IMG/VR virus record: IMGVR_UViG_3300024181_000071 | Span: 1-28,848 of that record | Reading direction: 5' to 3' (one strand) | Length of the DNA: 28,848 nt | From: a virus | Taxonomy: Duplodnaviria; Caudoviricetes | Shown: positions 7,022 to 16,000 of the stretch, piece by piece | Numbering within the stretch: the first letter of the stretch is position 1 | How the letters are laid out: every line of letters begins with the position of its first letter | Made by a program: the position numbers and the translations under genes | The notes under the pieces: generated by a model | Told to the model about the DNA's origin: nothing | Databases searched by the model: none | What the model saw: only the letters and a program-made list of their open reading frames with translations

Positions 7022-7375
7022 CTATGGTTGCGATTTCCACTGATGCCCGTTAATGCGCGACTGCAAATACTTTATATCGCCGCGCAAACCGACCACCAGT
7101 TCGTTTAGGCTGCCTATTTTAGTCCAACTTTCTCTTTCTTGCTCGTGCAATTTATCTTCAAATTCCCTTGCCGCACGCCGCATCTCGTCTTCTAGTTCTG
7201 AATTGAGTTTAACGAGCCGGTCGATGTCGGCTTGTTTGCCCATATCCCTTTTTATTTGCTCGATAGCAGCCGTTAGCTTATTCTCCACTTCTTCCGGCTT
7301 GAGCAACCATCGCATAAAGAGAAACGTTATGATGGGCACGACGACCGGATAGCCGTATTGAAGAACCGGGTTCAC
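7022..7375 (-). CDS. N-terminal TM plus coiled-coil protein (holin-adjacent, possibly i-spanin-like)
   Basis: YPVVVPIITFLFMRWLL followed by a long heptad-rich region; GTGA overlap with the holin-like gene. Confidence 0.7.
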   Translation of the reverse strand: MNPVLQYGYPVVVPIITFLFMRWLLKPEEVENKLTAAIEQIKRDMGKQADIDRLVKLNSELEDEMRRAAREFEDKLHEQERESWTKIGSLNELVVGLRGDIKYLQSRINGHQWKSQP

Positions 7376-7728
7376 GGCTTTGGCGCCAGAACTTCCTTAA
7401 CCTCTGCCGGAGGCAATGGCGCTGTCACAGGCTTGGTCATCTTCCAAACCATTTCGTTGATGACGCATTGCTTGATGAACACCCATGTGGCAGTAAAGGC
7501 CGCGCCAAGGGTCAATCCATTGATGACGAGCGTATGCGTTTCTGGCGACCAGACGTAACTGATTCCGACTGAGGCCAGAACCGCTCCAAATGCAGAGATA
7601 AACCGCAGCAGAACGATTTTCTCTTTTGTAATCCACGGAAAGTATTTGGAGTTTTTGAGCCACTGGATAGCGGCCACAGTGATGCCGCTAGCCGTCACCG
7701 TCGTTAGAGCCAGGTTTGCATCCGCCAT
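7372..7728 (-). CDS. Putative holin (3 TM)
   Basis: Three hydrophobic segments, IQWLK..K.FPW motif; first gene after the tail-fibre genes. Confidence 0.6.
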   Translation of the reverse strand: MADANLALTTVTASGITVAAIQWLKNSKYFPWITKEKIVLLRFISAFGAVLASVGISYVWSPETHTLVINGLTLGAAFTATWVFIKQCVINEMVWKMTKPVTAPLPPAEVKEVLAPKP

Positions 7729-7768
7729 CTATCCCCCTTGGCCTTCAGTTTACCGAAAGAAAGTCGCT

Positions 7769-10054
7769 TCATTGTAATCTTAGCCAGTTGCAGCCGCCCG
7801 CTGCGGGGCTTACAAGTTGAGCCTGCAAAATGGCAGTTGAATTAGCGGCGAGAGTTGAATTTGCTGCTCCGTTAATTGTCTGAGTTCCAAACGGAACGAG
7901 CGTGGATGCGACTGCGTTGATATTCGTAATCCTAGTTATATCATCCATCGTCAAGCCTTCGCACGATTGCAATGTGAAGTTGCCTGCACCGAAATTAAGA
8001 ATTGCTGCCTGATCTGCATCTACTTGCTGTGGCGCTACCGCCGTCCCTGCGACTGACAGAGTGCCGATAGCAGTATTTTGATTCCACGCAGTAAAAGATG
8101 TGGCCGTAACTGAGAGAGCGTACCAGCAGCCTAAACCGGCACTATTTGCGAAAGTGCTATTGTAGGTCGTCGGTGTTATTCCAGCTACCGTAATGCACTG
8201 ACCGGCCGTAAACGTATTAGCCGCAGTAGTGAATGTCATCACATTCCCCGTTTCCGAGGCTGCGGTTACTGCAACGGCGGCGGAGGCAGGAGCGACATAA
8301 ACGTTAGCTGTACTTAAATTGTGATTTCCAAAATAGCGATTGATTCCGCGTTGTGTAATCCACGTCAATACATCCGCACCGGCTTGTGTAGGGTGCAGGA
8401 AGTCTCCTTGGAAATACGAAGCATTCGATGCCGCACCATCTGCTCCCAATGCCACGGTTCCGCCTAAGTCGATACAATAATCAGCTATATTTGAACAGTT
8501 CTTCCTGATCAAAAGATTGGTGGCATTCTTAAAGGCGTCCGAACTGCCCTTATCCATCATAGTCATCACGATGCGAGACTGTCTTCCACATGGAGCCGTA
8601 GTTAATTGGCCGAAAATACCACGGATATTGCCAAAAACTGTTGTCGCCACGGAATCATTTGCTCCGGTAAGTAAAACTACCGCCGACCTTCCACCTGCGG
8701 TGCTACAGGTAGAACCACCAGTCCCTAGCGCGCCGAGATTAAGTTGGGACGCAAATATTCCGCTGATACCAAGATTGGCCACACTCCAAGTCCCGTTTAA
8801 TCCAACAGCACGGGTTGGCCATGAAATGAAACCCGCCCCCGCCGTGGTAGAATCACCGTAAGCCCAAACAAGATCACCCGTGTCGCTTCTATAGGGGAGA
8901 GGATTAATCCCCCTAGCAAGCATTGCCTGCTGTAGTGCGACATGGTTTTGAAAAATCTGCGCGCTGTTTAAGGCTCCACTATAGAAAAGAGCCGAATATA
9001 TCTTCCCATTGAAATAGGTTTGCGAAGTGTTACCCGCTCCGCCTGCCGCTCCGCATAAAGCGTACACTCCAGTCGTTTGCTTGTTTAAGCCATTCCCGAC
9101 TGACCCTGAAGAGGTAGCAAATCCATTGTTATAAAGAGTATCTGCCGCACTCAAAACAATTGCTACATCCTGAATACCTGCGATTTCTGCAATCCCCTGG
9201 TCGAACCGCACTCCTCCACCGGAGAAATTGTTAACGAAACTTCCAAATGAAGTGGCGGCAGGATTGGCGGTAGTCGTCTGAATAACAATTCCTACACCGC
9301 TTGTAGCGGGTGTGCCGTTTCCCATGACTGGCGCATAAAATCCTTGAGCCAATCCCGCCGGCTGAAAGCCTATCTCTAACTGGATAGTTACGGCAGAATT
9401 TAAGGTAGCTGGTAACGCAATCGCCCCATTTCCAGGACAGCTTATTCCTCCCGTATTTGCGACCAACGTGGGGGCGGTGCCTACTGTTCCGGTCGCATCA
9501 TTTCCCGCGCCGGAGTAATCCTTTAGCGATGCAATCGTATCTGTGGGAAGGGCTTGGTAGTATCCAATTAGGCCAGTTTGATAGACTGAGGGAGAGACGG
9601 AAGAGAGGCCTCCACTGGTTTTAAGTTGTACGGTTCCAGCCGCACTAACCGTTGTTCCGACATCCTGCGTTGCACCGGAAATGGTTATGCCAGAAGAAGA
9701 GAAGTTCAGCGTTCCATTTCCTGCTGGAGGCGCTGCGCCAGAAGCCTGTACGGTGAATATCCACGTCGTTGATGCTGGAACGATATTTGCATTAGGCCAA
9801 AGCGCCATTGAGAAAAAGCCGGAATTGCTCGTGCTGGTCGGGCCAACGCAATAGTTAGAGCCAGGATTGGGATTTACGGCATTTCCGCCTACTGTGGGGT
9901 TGAGCGTTGACGGAGAAAGACAGGCTTTAACCGTTGCTGGATAATAAGCTACTCCGCTTGGGTCAACGAGCGTCCCTGAAACAAGCGTTTGGGTTTGCGC
10001 TTCTATTCTTCCTGCCAGAAACAAAAACAAAGCTGCAATCAGTATCTTTCGCAT
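7769..10054 (-). CDS. Signal-peptide-bearing tailspike-like protein: Ig-like N-domain, LamG/ConA-like domain, SGNH/GDSL esterase
   Basis: MRKILIAALFLFLAGRIEA|Q; LKDYSGAGNDAT...FNGKIYSALFYSGALN (LamG-like); SGNH blocks GDSTT, NLGISG, GAND, DFLHP. ATG 10054 preferred over TTG 10060. Confidence 0.8.
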   Translation of the reverse strand: MRKILIAALFLFLAGRIEAQTQTLVSGTLVDPSGVAYYPATVKACLSPSTLNPTVGGNAVNPNPGSNYCVGPTSTSNSGFFSMALWPNANIVPASTTWIFTVQASGAAPPAGNGTLNFSSSGITISGATQDVGTTVSAAGTVQLKTSGGLSSVSPSVYQTGLIGYYQALPTDTIASLKDYSGAGNDATGTVGTAPTLVANTGGISCPGNGAIALPATLNSAVTIQLEIGFQPAGLAQGFYAPVMGNGTPATSGVGIVIQTTTANPAATSFGSFVNNFSGGGVRFDQGIAEIAGIQDVAIVLSAADTLYNNGFATSSGSVGNGLNKQTTGVYALCGAAGGAGNTSQTYFNGKIYSALFYSGALNSAQIFQNHVALQQAMLARGINPLPYRSDTGDLVWAYGDSTTAGAGFISWPTRAVGLNGTWSVANLGISGIFASQLNLGALGTGGSTCSTAGGRSAVVLLTGANDSVATTVFGNIRGIFGQLTTAPCGRQSRIVMTMMDKGSSDAFKNATNLLIRKNCSNIADYCIDLGGTVALGADGAASNASYFQGDFLHPTQAGADVLTWITQRGINRYFGNHNLSTANVYVAPASAAVAVTAASETGNVMTFTTAANTFTAGQCITVAGITPTTYNSTFANSAGLGCWYALSVTATSFTAWNQNTAIGTLSVAGTAVAPQQVDADQAAILNFGAGNFTLQSCEGLTMDDITRITNINAVASTLVPFGTQTINGAANSTLAANSTAILQAQLVSPAAGGCNWLRLQ

Positions 10055-10056
10055 AT

Positions 10057-13011
10057 TCAATTCACCGTAGGCACCACGACTGCCGGATTAGAAATACCGA
10101 TATTGTGCGCCGTCTTTACAAGCGGCATGGCCACGGATGCTTGACTGAGCGTTATAGTGCATTGAGTGGCACTGCATCCGCAAGGAACATTTATGCCGTC
10201 AAACCAGCATTGCGTGGTGGAGGTAAATCCAGTGCCCGTCGCCGTGACGGTAAGATTGGGCACAAACAGTATGCCGTCCTGAGACCAGCCTTTGGCACTT
10301 AGATAGGAGTTGGCTGGCGAAAGTTTTGTCAGCACGGGGACTGGAGCCGCCGCAGGCAAAGGCAATACATTCATCACCATCTGCACCGCTGGAGCCGTGG
10401 GAATGACGCCTGTCCCTGTGAGAGAAACGTTGTCTGGGCTTGTCGATGCATCTGTCGTGAAGCGCAGCGTATCAGAAAGAGCGCCCAGCACATGGGGCGT
10501 AAAAGTCACGGTGATATTGCAGGAAGCTGATGGGGCTAGTGTTGAACCGCAAGTCGTGTTGGTGATGGCGAAATGCGTTCCCGTCACGATGGTTACGGAA
10601 GCTATGTTGAGCGTTGCGCCGCCTGAGTTTGTAAGCTGGATGACGCAAGGATTTAGCGAGACATTGCAGGAAGTATCGGGGGAGTTCTGCGGGGAGTTGC
10701 CAAAAGCAGCGGAGGTCGGGTTAAGGGAGACTCCCGGAACCAATGCCCCGCTTGTCAGAAAGTAGTTGTCGATATTAGTGTTTGCCGTAGCTACCGCAGA
10801 GATGTAGTTTCCATAAGGAGGCCCATGCAGGGCGAGTTCTCCGCCACAATTCCTTGCAGCCGTTGGCGGCTGGCAGACAACTACTGCTGTCGTTGTCTCG
10901 GCAGGGGTATAGAGATTGCCTCTGATTGTCTCGTAGCCCCAGGCATGTTTGTCTGACCAATCCGAATAGTGTTCCCATGACCAGTACCCAAGGTAGGGAT
11001 GGAACGTACCGCCTGTATATTTCTTGGCGGTCAGAGCATCAGCCGAAGATTGGAAATCCACGCCTCTAGCAGTCTGATTGGCCGACCCGCCAACGTTGTT
11101 GTCGTCAAGATAGAGATTGCAAGTCGTGGGAGAGCCGCTGTTTGTCTGCGTGTAGACGAAGTTCGTAGACGTGACGCTAGTAGCCCGGAATTGCAAGCGA
11201 TTATAGGAAGAGTCCGCGCAATTCACGTCAAAGAGGTCAGACGTGTTGATTTTATTAGGCGTAGCCACAACGACAGTCACCGTCGAGCCAACACTGGTTG
11301 TGGGGCTATTCACCCATTGAAATTCTGAATCCCTGTTAGAAACCTTGTAGAGAACTGCAAAAATAGGCTGATTCGGGCAGGCCGCGTTCACTCCATCAAG
11401 AGTTCCTTGCGCTATATCTCCTTGCGCCGCTGCATACATCCAGGCGTCAGCGTTGCCGCAGAATCCAGCCATGACATAAGGGTCTGGAACCATCGTCCAG
11501 GTTCCTAGAACGGTCGGGCCTAAATACATCGGGCAGCCAGTGAAGCTCTTTGTCGCCGCCCACGTGCAGATGGAGTTTTTAATCGTACTGCTGTAGAGAC
11601 CGGCAATGTACTGGGTGAAGGCGTTCACGTCCGTTTTTACGTTGGCGGGGAGGCTTGTCAGTTGCACAGGGTCCGTTCCGCCACCCGTTCCGCAATAAGC
11701 AGAATGCCCTGCCCTGCAATCTTCGTCCATGAGGCCTGTACCAATGCCCCAGCCGTTCTGGACGTAACGGGCGGTGATGGTCGCTCCGTTAGCCGGTGGG
11801 AGTGCAAATGTCACGCTGATAGCGCCGGTCGTGTAATTGACCGTACCGGAAATAGTCGCCCCGAATAGAGACGTGCCCGCTGAATTGAAAGCCCCCGAAG
11901 CTCCTCCGCCTACCAAAGTCCCATTGAGGAAAACGCCAACGCTCCATTTTGTGACAGGGATATGACTTAATGTTGCCGCGAATGTGGTCGTAGAGGCATT
12001 GCCGGTTCCAATCGTATCTTCCGCTACGGACGAAGCGCAGGTAACTGGAACCGTCCCCACACAGGTACCGGAGGAATCAAACGTCGTGAAAGATGAACCC
12101 CACGAAGTATTGAGAGCGCCGATGGTTCCATACTTCGCTACCAGATTATCTCTCCACTTCTTTTTCCAGTAGACCGCTCCGTCAGGATAAATCACTCCAC
12201 GCGAAGAGTTTGCCCAGTTGAGTGAAGCCAGAAAGAAAGGCAGGTACCCGCAGCGAAAGTCATTGTTTCCTGTAGGAGCGGTGTTTGCCTGATTGCCTGC
12301 TCCGAAACAGTGCGTGTTGTCGGAATCGTCATAAGAAAACCCCAACAAATAGCCTTTGTTTGCCGCGCTGGAACTTCCGAGTTCAATCGCACCTTGGTCA
12401 TTGGTCAAAACGTTAGCAGAGAGTGTCGCCCATTTAGGGTCAGGATAATCGGCCACTCCGCCGCCTACATTCGTGTAGCCTGCCCAGTTTGGGCTGGTGA
12501 TTGAAATGAGATTCTTGACAGGGCCGCTGCCCCATGTCGTTGACTGGCTGGTCTGCGAATAGGTGGACATGATCTGAAACGCTACAAAAGGCATCTTCTG
12601 CGTAGAACGAGCGGGTTTGGCGTTGATAGTGACGTAAGTAGCAAGAGTATTGAGGCCAAAGGCTTTTACGCGTGGCATTTCTTCCTGAATCCAGTTGGTT
12701 GTACTTCCGTATTTGGCGGTGATGTAAGTCAGATAGCTGGTGCTGCTTTCATCCGTTCCGCCAACGAGTGTTGCATCGAAACCAATCGTGCCGCGCGTAA
12801 AAGGAAAAACGTGAGCCAATGGCGTGCAGAATACCGCTTGCTGGTCTGTTCCAATCGTCACTGTCGTGATCTTGAACGCAGTATTGGTGTTTGTGCAGGG
12901 AACTGCTGTTAGTCCAAGGTAGGTATCAAGAGACGGCGGAGTGTAGGTCCATTGCGCTGCCGCTACGGACGGAATGAGAAGCAGAAAAGCCAGTCTTAGT
13001 AAAGGGTGCAT
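10057..13011 (-). CDS. Signal-peptide-bearing glycoside-hydrolase-like protein (GH-A clan, GH50/GH42-like barrel) with choice-of-anchor D and IPT/TIG-like C-terminal domains
   Basis: MHPLLRLAFLLLIPSVAAA|Q; AFGLNTL, DYPDP, KYGTIGALNTSWGSSFTTF; LTNSGGATLNI...CGSTLAPSASCNITVTFTP...VSLTGTG; PVLTKLSP...TGTGF. Confidence 0.75.
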   Translation of the reverse strand: MHPLLRLAFLLLIPSVAAAQWTYTPPSLDTYLGLTAVPCTNTNTAFKITTVTIGTDQQAVFCTPLAHVFPFTRGTIGFDATLVGGTDESSTSYLTYITAKYGSTTNWIQEEMPRVKAFGLNTLATYVTINAKPARSTQKMPFVAFQIMSTYSQTSQSTTWGSGPVKNLISITSPNWAGYTNVGGGVADYPDPKWATLSANVLTNDQGAIELGSSSAANKGYLLGFSYDDSDNTHCFGAGNQANTAPTGNNDFRCGYLPFFLASLNWANSSRGVIYPDGAVYWKKKWRDNLVAKYGTIGALNTSWGSSFTTFDSSGTCVGTVPVTCASSVAEDTIGTGNASTTTFAATLSHIPVTKWSVGVFLNGTLVGGGASGAFNSAGTSLFGATISGTVNYTTGAISVTFALPPANGATITARYVQNGWGIGTGLMDEDCRAGHSAYCGTGGGTDPVQLTSLPANVKTDVNAFTQYIAGLYSSTIKNSICTWAATKSFTGCPMYLGPTVLGTWTMVPDPYVMAGFCGNADAWMYAAAQGDIAQGTLDGVNAACPNQPIFAVLYKVSNRDSEFQWVNSPTTSVGSTVTVVVATPNKINTSDLFDVNCADSSYNRLQFRATSVTSTNFVYTQTNSGSPTTCNLYLDDNNVGGSANQTARGVDFQSSADALTAKKYTGGTFHPYLGYWSWEHYSDWSDKHAWGYETIRGNLYTPAETTTAVVVCQPPTAARNCGGELALHGPPYGNYISAVATANTNIDNYFLTSGALVPGVSLNPTSAAFGNSPQNSPDTSCNVSLNPCVIQLTNSGGATLNIASVTIVTGTHFAITNTTCGSTLAPSASCNITVTFTPHVLGALSDTLRFTTDASTSPDNVSLTGTGVIPTAPAVQMVMNVLPLPAAAPVPVLTKLSPANSYLSAKGWSQDGILFVPNLTVTATGTGFTSTTQCWFDGINVPCGCSATQCTITLSQASVAMPLVKTAHNIGISNPAVVVPTVN

Positions 13012-16000
13012 GTGCTTCCCCTCAGAATCGTCACAGTACCAGCCCCGCCTGCCGCTGCTTGGATTGCAAACGTTCCTCCTGCTCCTGGTTCTTCAATCGT
13101 TCCGTAGATGCTGAACTGATAGTTCGTGGAAGTGGCGTTTGGCGTTGCGCCGGTCAGCACAGCCTGGTTTCCGCTGGAAGTTGTCGTGACTGTCGCGTCC
13201 GTGCTCGTACCGGTCAGTGTCGTAAAGATTCTTGCGCTGGCCATGAGACTGGTTGGCGCAACGGACGAGTTAACGGAAAGGGCCAAAGTAGCCGTAGAAG
13301 CGGAAGAGGAATATACTCCACGGCATTCATAGCTATAGTTTTGAGCCGAAGCAGGCAGCGTCCAAGTCTGAAATGTAGAAGGCGTCGTGGTGGCGTTGGT
13401 GTAGCTCGCAGTGACTTGCGGCTGATTGTTCGCGCTTAGAAGCAGTCCGCCGCGACTCCCGGCAGAGCCAGACCCGATACCGATAAGGCTTGCAGCCATA
13501 CGGCTGACCGTTCCATCAATACCGCCCGTATCCGTGTTGCCGGTATTAAAGAAAGCCACGCAACGAGTGCCGGAAGCGCAGGACATGCCGCCAGCGCTGA
13601 ACTGCGCGTTTTCATTGCCCTGAGAGTTTATTCCCAGTTTTCCGCCAGCAGGGACATAGATGTTTCCATTGAAATTAAATCCGTTGTTTGTGTTCGTGGA
13701 AGAGGACGTGTTTTTTACGGCCACAAGCGATTGAGCGTTTAGGCCAGTTCCCGGAGTAAGCTGTACCTGGAAGCATCCTTCTGTCGATGCCCCCGCTCCA
13801 GTCCATTCCTGCCCGCAAGCCAGGTTAACGATTGGCCCGTTTTGCGGCGTTGTAACCGTAGCCGCTGTGTTGTTCGTAATCTTCCATGCATTTGATAAGG
13901 CAGTCGCATAATCCCATTCGGAGAGATGCGTGCCCATCGTCAGAGCAAGATTTCCAGTAGCGGGGTTGGTAATCAAATCCCATGCCGAAGAACCTCCGCC
14001 ACCGCCACTGCTCGAAGTTCCACAAAGGATGCCTGTCGTAAGGCTGAAGTTTAGGTGCTGGCCTGCGGTATCGAGACAAGGCGGGAATGCGGCGAAGGTC
14101 GGGACCTTCAAAGAAAGCCATGAAGGAGTGTTGTCCGAGGTGACATGCCCTAACCAGCCGGGGAAGATGACACTGGAACCACCTGCTCCACTGCCGTCAA
14201 TCGTATTCGGGGAAGTCGCTGTAAGAGTCAAATTACCGGAATTGCCATTGAACGCCTGAAACGGCATGTTCGAGCCGAAGTTAGATGCAATGGCCGGTAG
14301 AGTGACTGTGGCCGTAGTCCCGCCAGTACAATTTAATCTCGAGGCTCTGTCTGAATAAAGTAGCGTATAACCGGAACAGGTCTGAGTGTTGACTGGAATA
14401 CCAAGCAGGGCATCCGAGGGCGCAACAGCAGCCGAAGCCGTGACTGCATGAACGCGCACATATGTCCCGTTTACAGTCTGCGGAGCATTGCCCCCTAGGG
14501 TCGAAGAAGTCCCCGCGCCCGTGTAATAGGTATCCGCATATTGCGGTTCAGGCGTGACAGTTATGCTGCCTGCCGAGGAAGTGGCTTCCGTCTGGCAGTT
14601 CCCTCCCGTACAGGTAAATATTTTCCCTGATAGGACGTTGATCGTTGCGCTGGCTGCCCCGTCCAATGTGCCGGAAGTAGTATTGATGGTCAGTACGTTT
14701 CCGGGGACGTTGTCCACGCGCAAAATCGTCCAATGCGAACCTACGATTGCAGGATTCAGAGAGATAGTGAAGCCGCCAGCACTAGCATCGGCTGGAATGA
14801 TGTTGTCGTTCGCCGTCGGTGTATAAGAACTCGTTTTTGATGCCGTTGGAGTACTAGCGTATCCGCCTCCTAGAAACTTTGGCGCGGCTATGCCTTGCGT
14901 CCCCGGCATAAGCATCGTTGGTCCGCCGGTTGGAATGGTTTCCGAGACTTGCCCGCAAGTGCCTGCCGCTGTATCCGAAAAGGAAGTGGTCGTAATCAGC
15001 CCGCCGCAAAGGATTGCGAATCCGCCACCAGTGCTTCTGTATAGGTTGTAGCCCGTGGGATTACCGGGGGCGGCAATCCAGCTTAGATTGACTGTCTGGT
15101 TTCCGCCCGTTGTCGTGAACGACGCCGGAGCAGAATATCTCCCCTCTCCGCCGTTCTGCCAGACCGGAACTACTCTGTAGGAAATGGTTCCGACAGGTAC
15201 GGAGCCGCCTGCCGCGACAGCTCCAGTCGGCGGAGCAAGCGCCGGAGCGTTTATGAATATCGAGTGCAGAGTTCCAACCCATATGTCGCCTTCGATAATC
15301 TGCTGCAACAAAGGACTTCCGGGTGACATGGTGGAGCTGTGCCCAGTGCCAGTTATTATTGCGGCATTTCTGGTATATCCAGCGCCCATTGAAACCCCTA
15401 TGACTGGAGTTGAAAACCCACTGACAAGCGGAGGAACGCTCACACCATCATTGCTGGGGCCTGAAGCCAAGTCTTCTACGGTTATTTTTGAGCCAACAGC
15501 GTTTAGATTGGCGAACAGCGGCAGACCTACCGTATCTATGGCCGCATAGCCGAGATGGATAAACTGATTTGCTCCACCACCTACCATCGTAATCAGCGGA
15601 GTTATTCCACCATTCATGTAGAGCGTTTTGATGGGGATTGTATCCCCGAACGGCTGAGAAGGAGTCTTGAATACCAGGCCTCTTCCGGCGAGAGAGATGT
15701 TCTCCATGAGGTACCCGGCAGGGCTTGCATAAAAAGCTGGAGTCGTACTATCGCCTACGCTTACCGTTGGAGAAGAAAACAGCCAGTTCCCTTTCATGGG
15801 AACTTTTGTTGCTCCGCTGGCTCCTGCGGGTGCGCCGCGAGAGACTAGCCCAATCCCCATGTTCCCGCCGATTACAAAATTCATGCCTCCAAGCGTGCCG
15901 CTGGGAACCCCGGAAAGGTCCATAAGCATGTAGACTTTGTTGTTCGTCCCAGTGGCGTTAGTCCACTGAATGGAATCCATGTTGATTGCGCCATTAGCTT

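Noticed and set aside
12996-13500. Diversity-generating retroelement target at the fibre C-terminus
   Set aside because: No reverse transcriptase and no adenine-variant repeat pair noticed in this window; cannot be excluded elsewhere in the genome.
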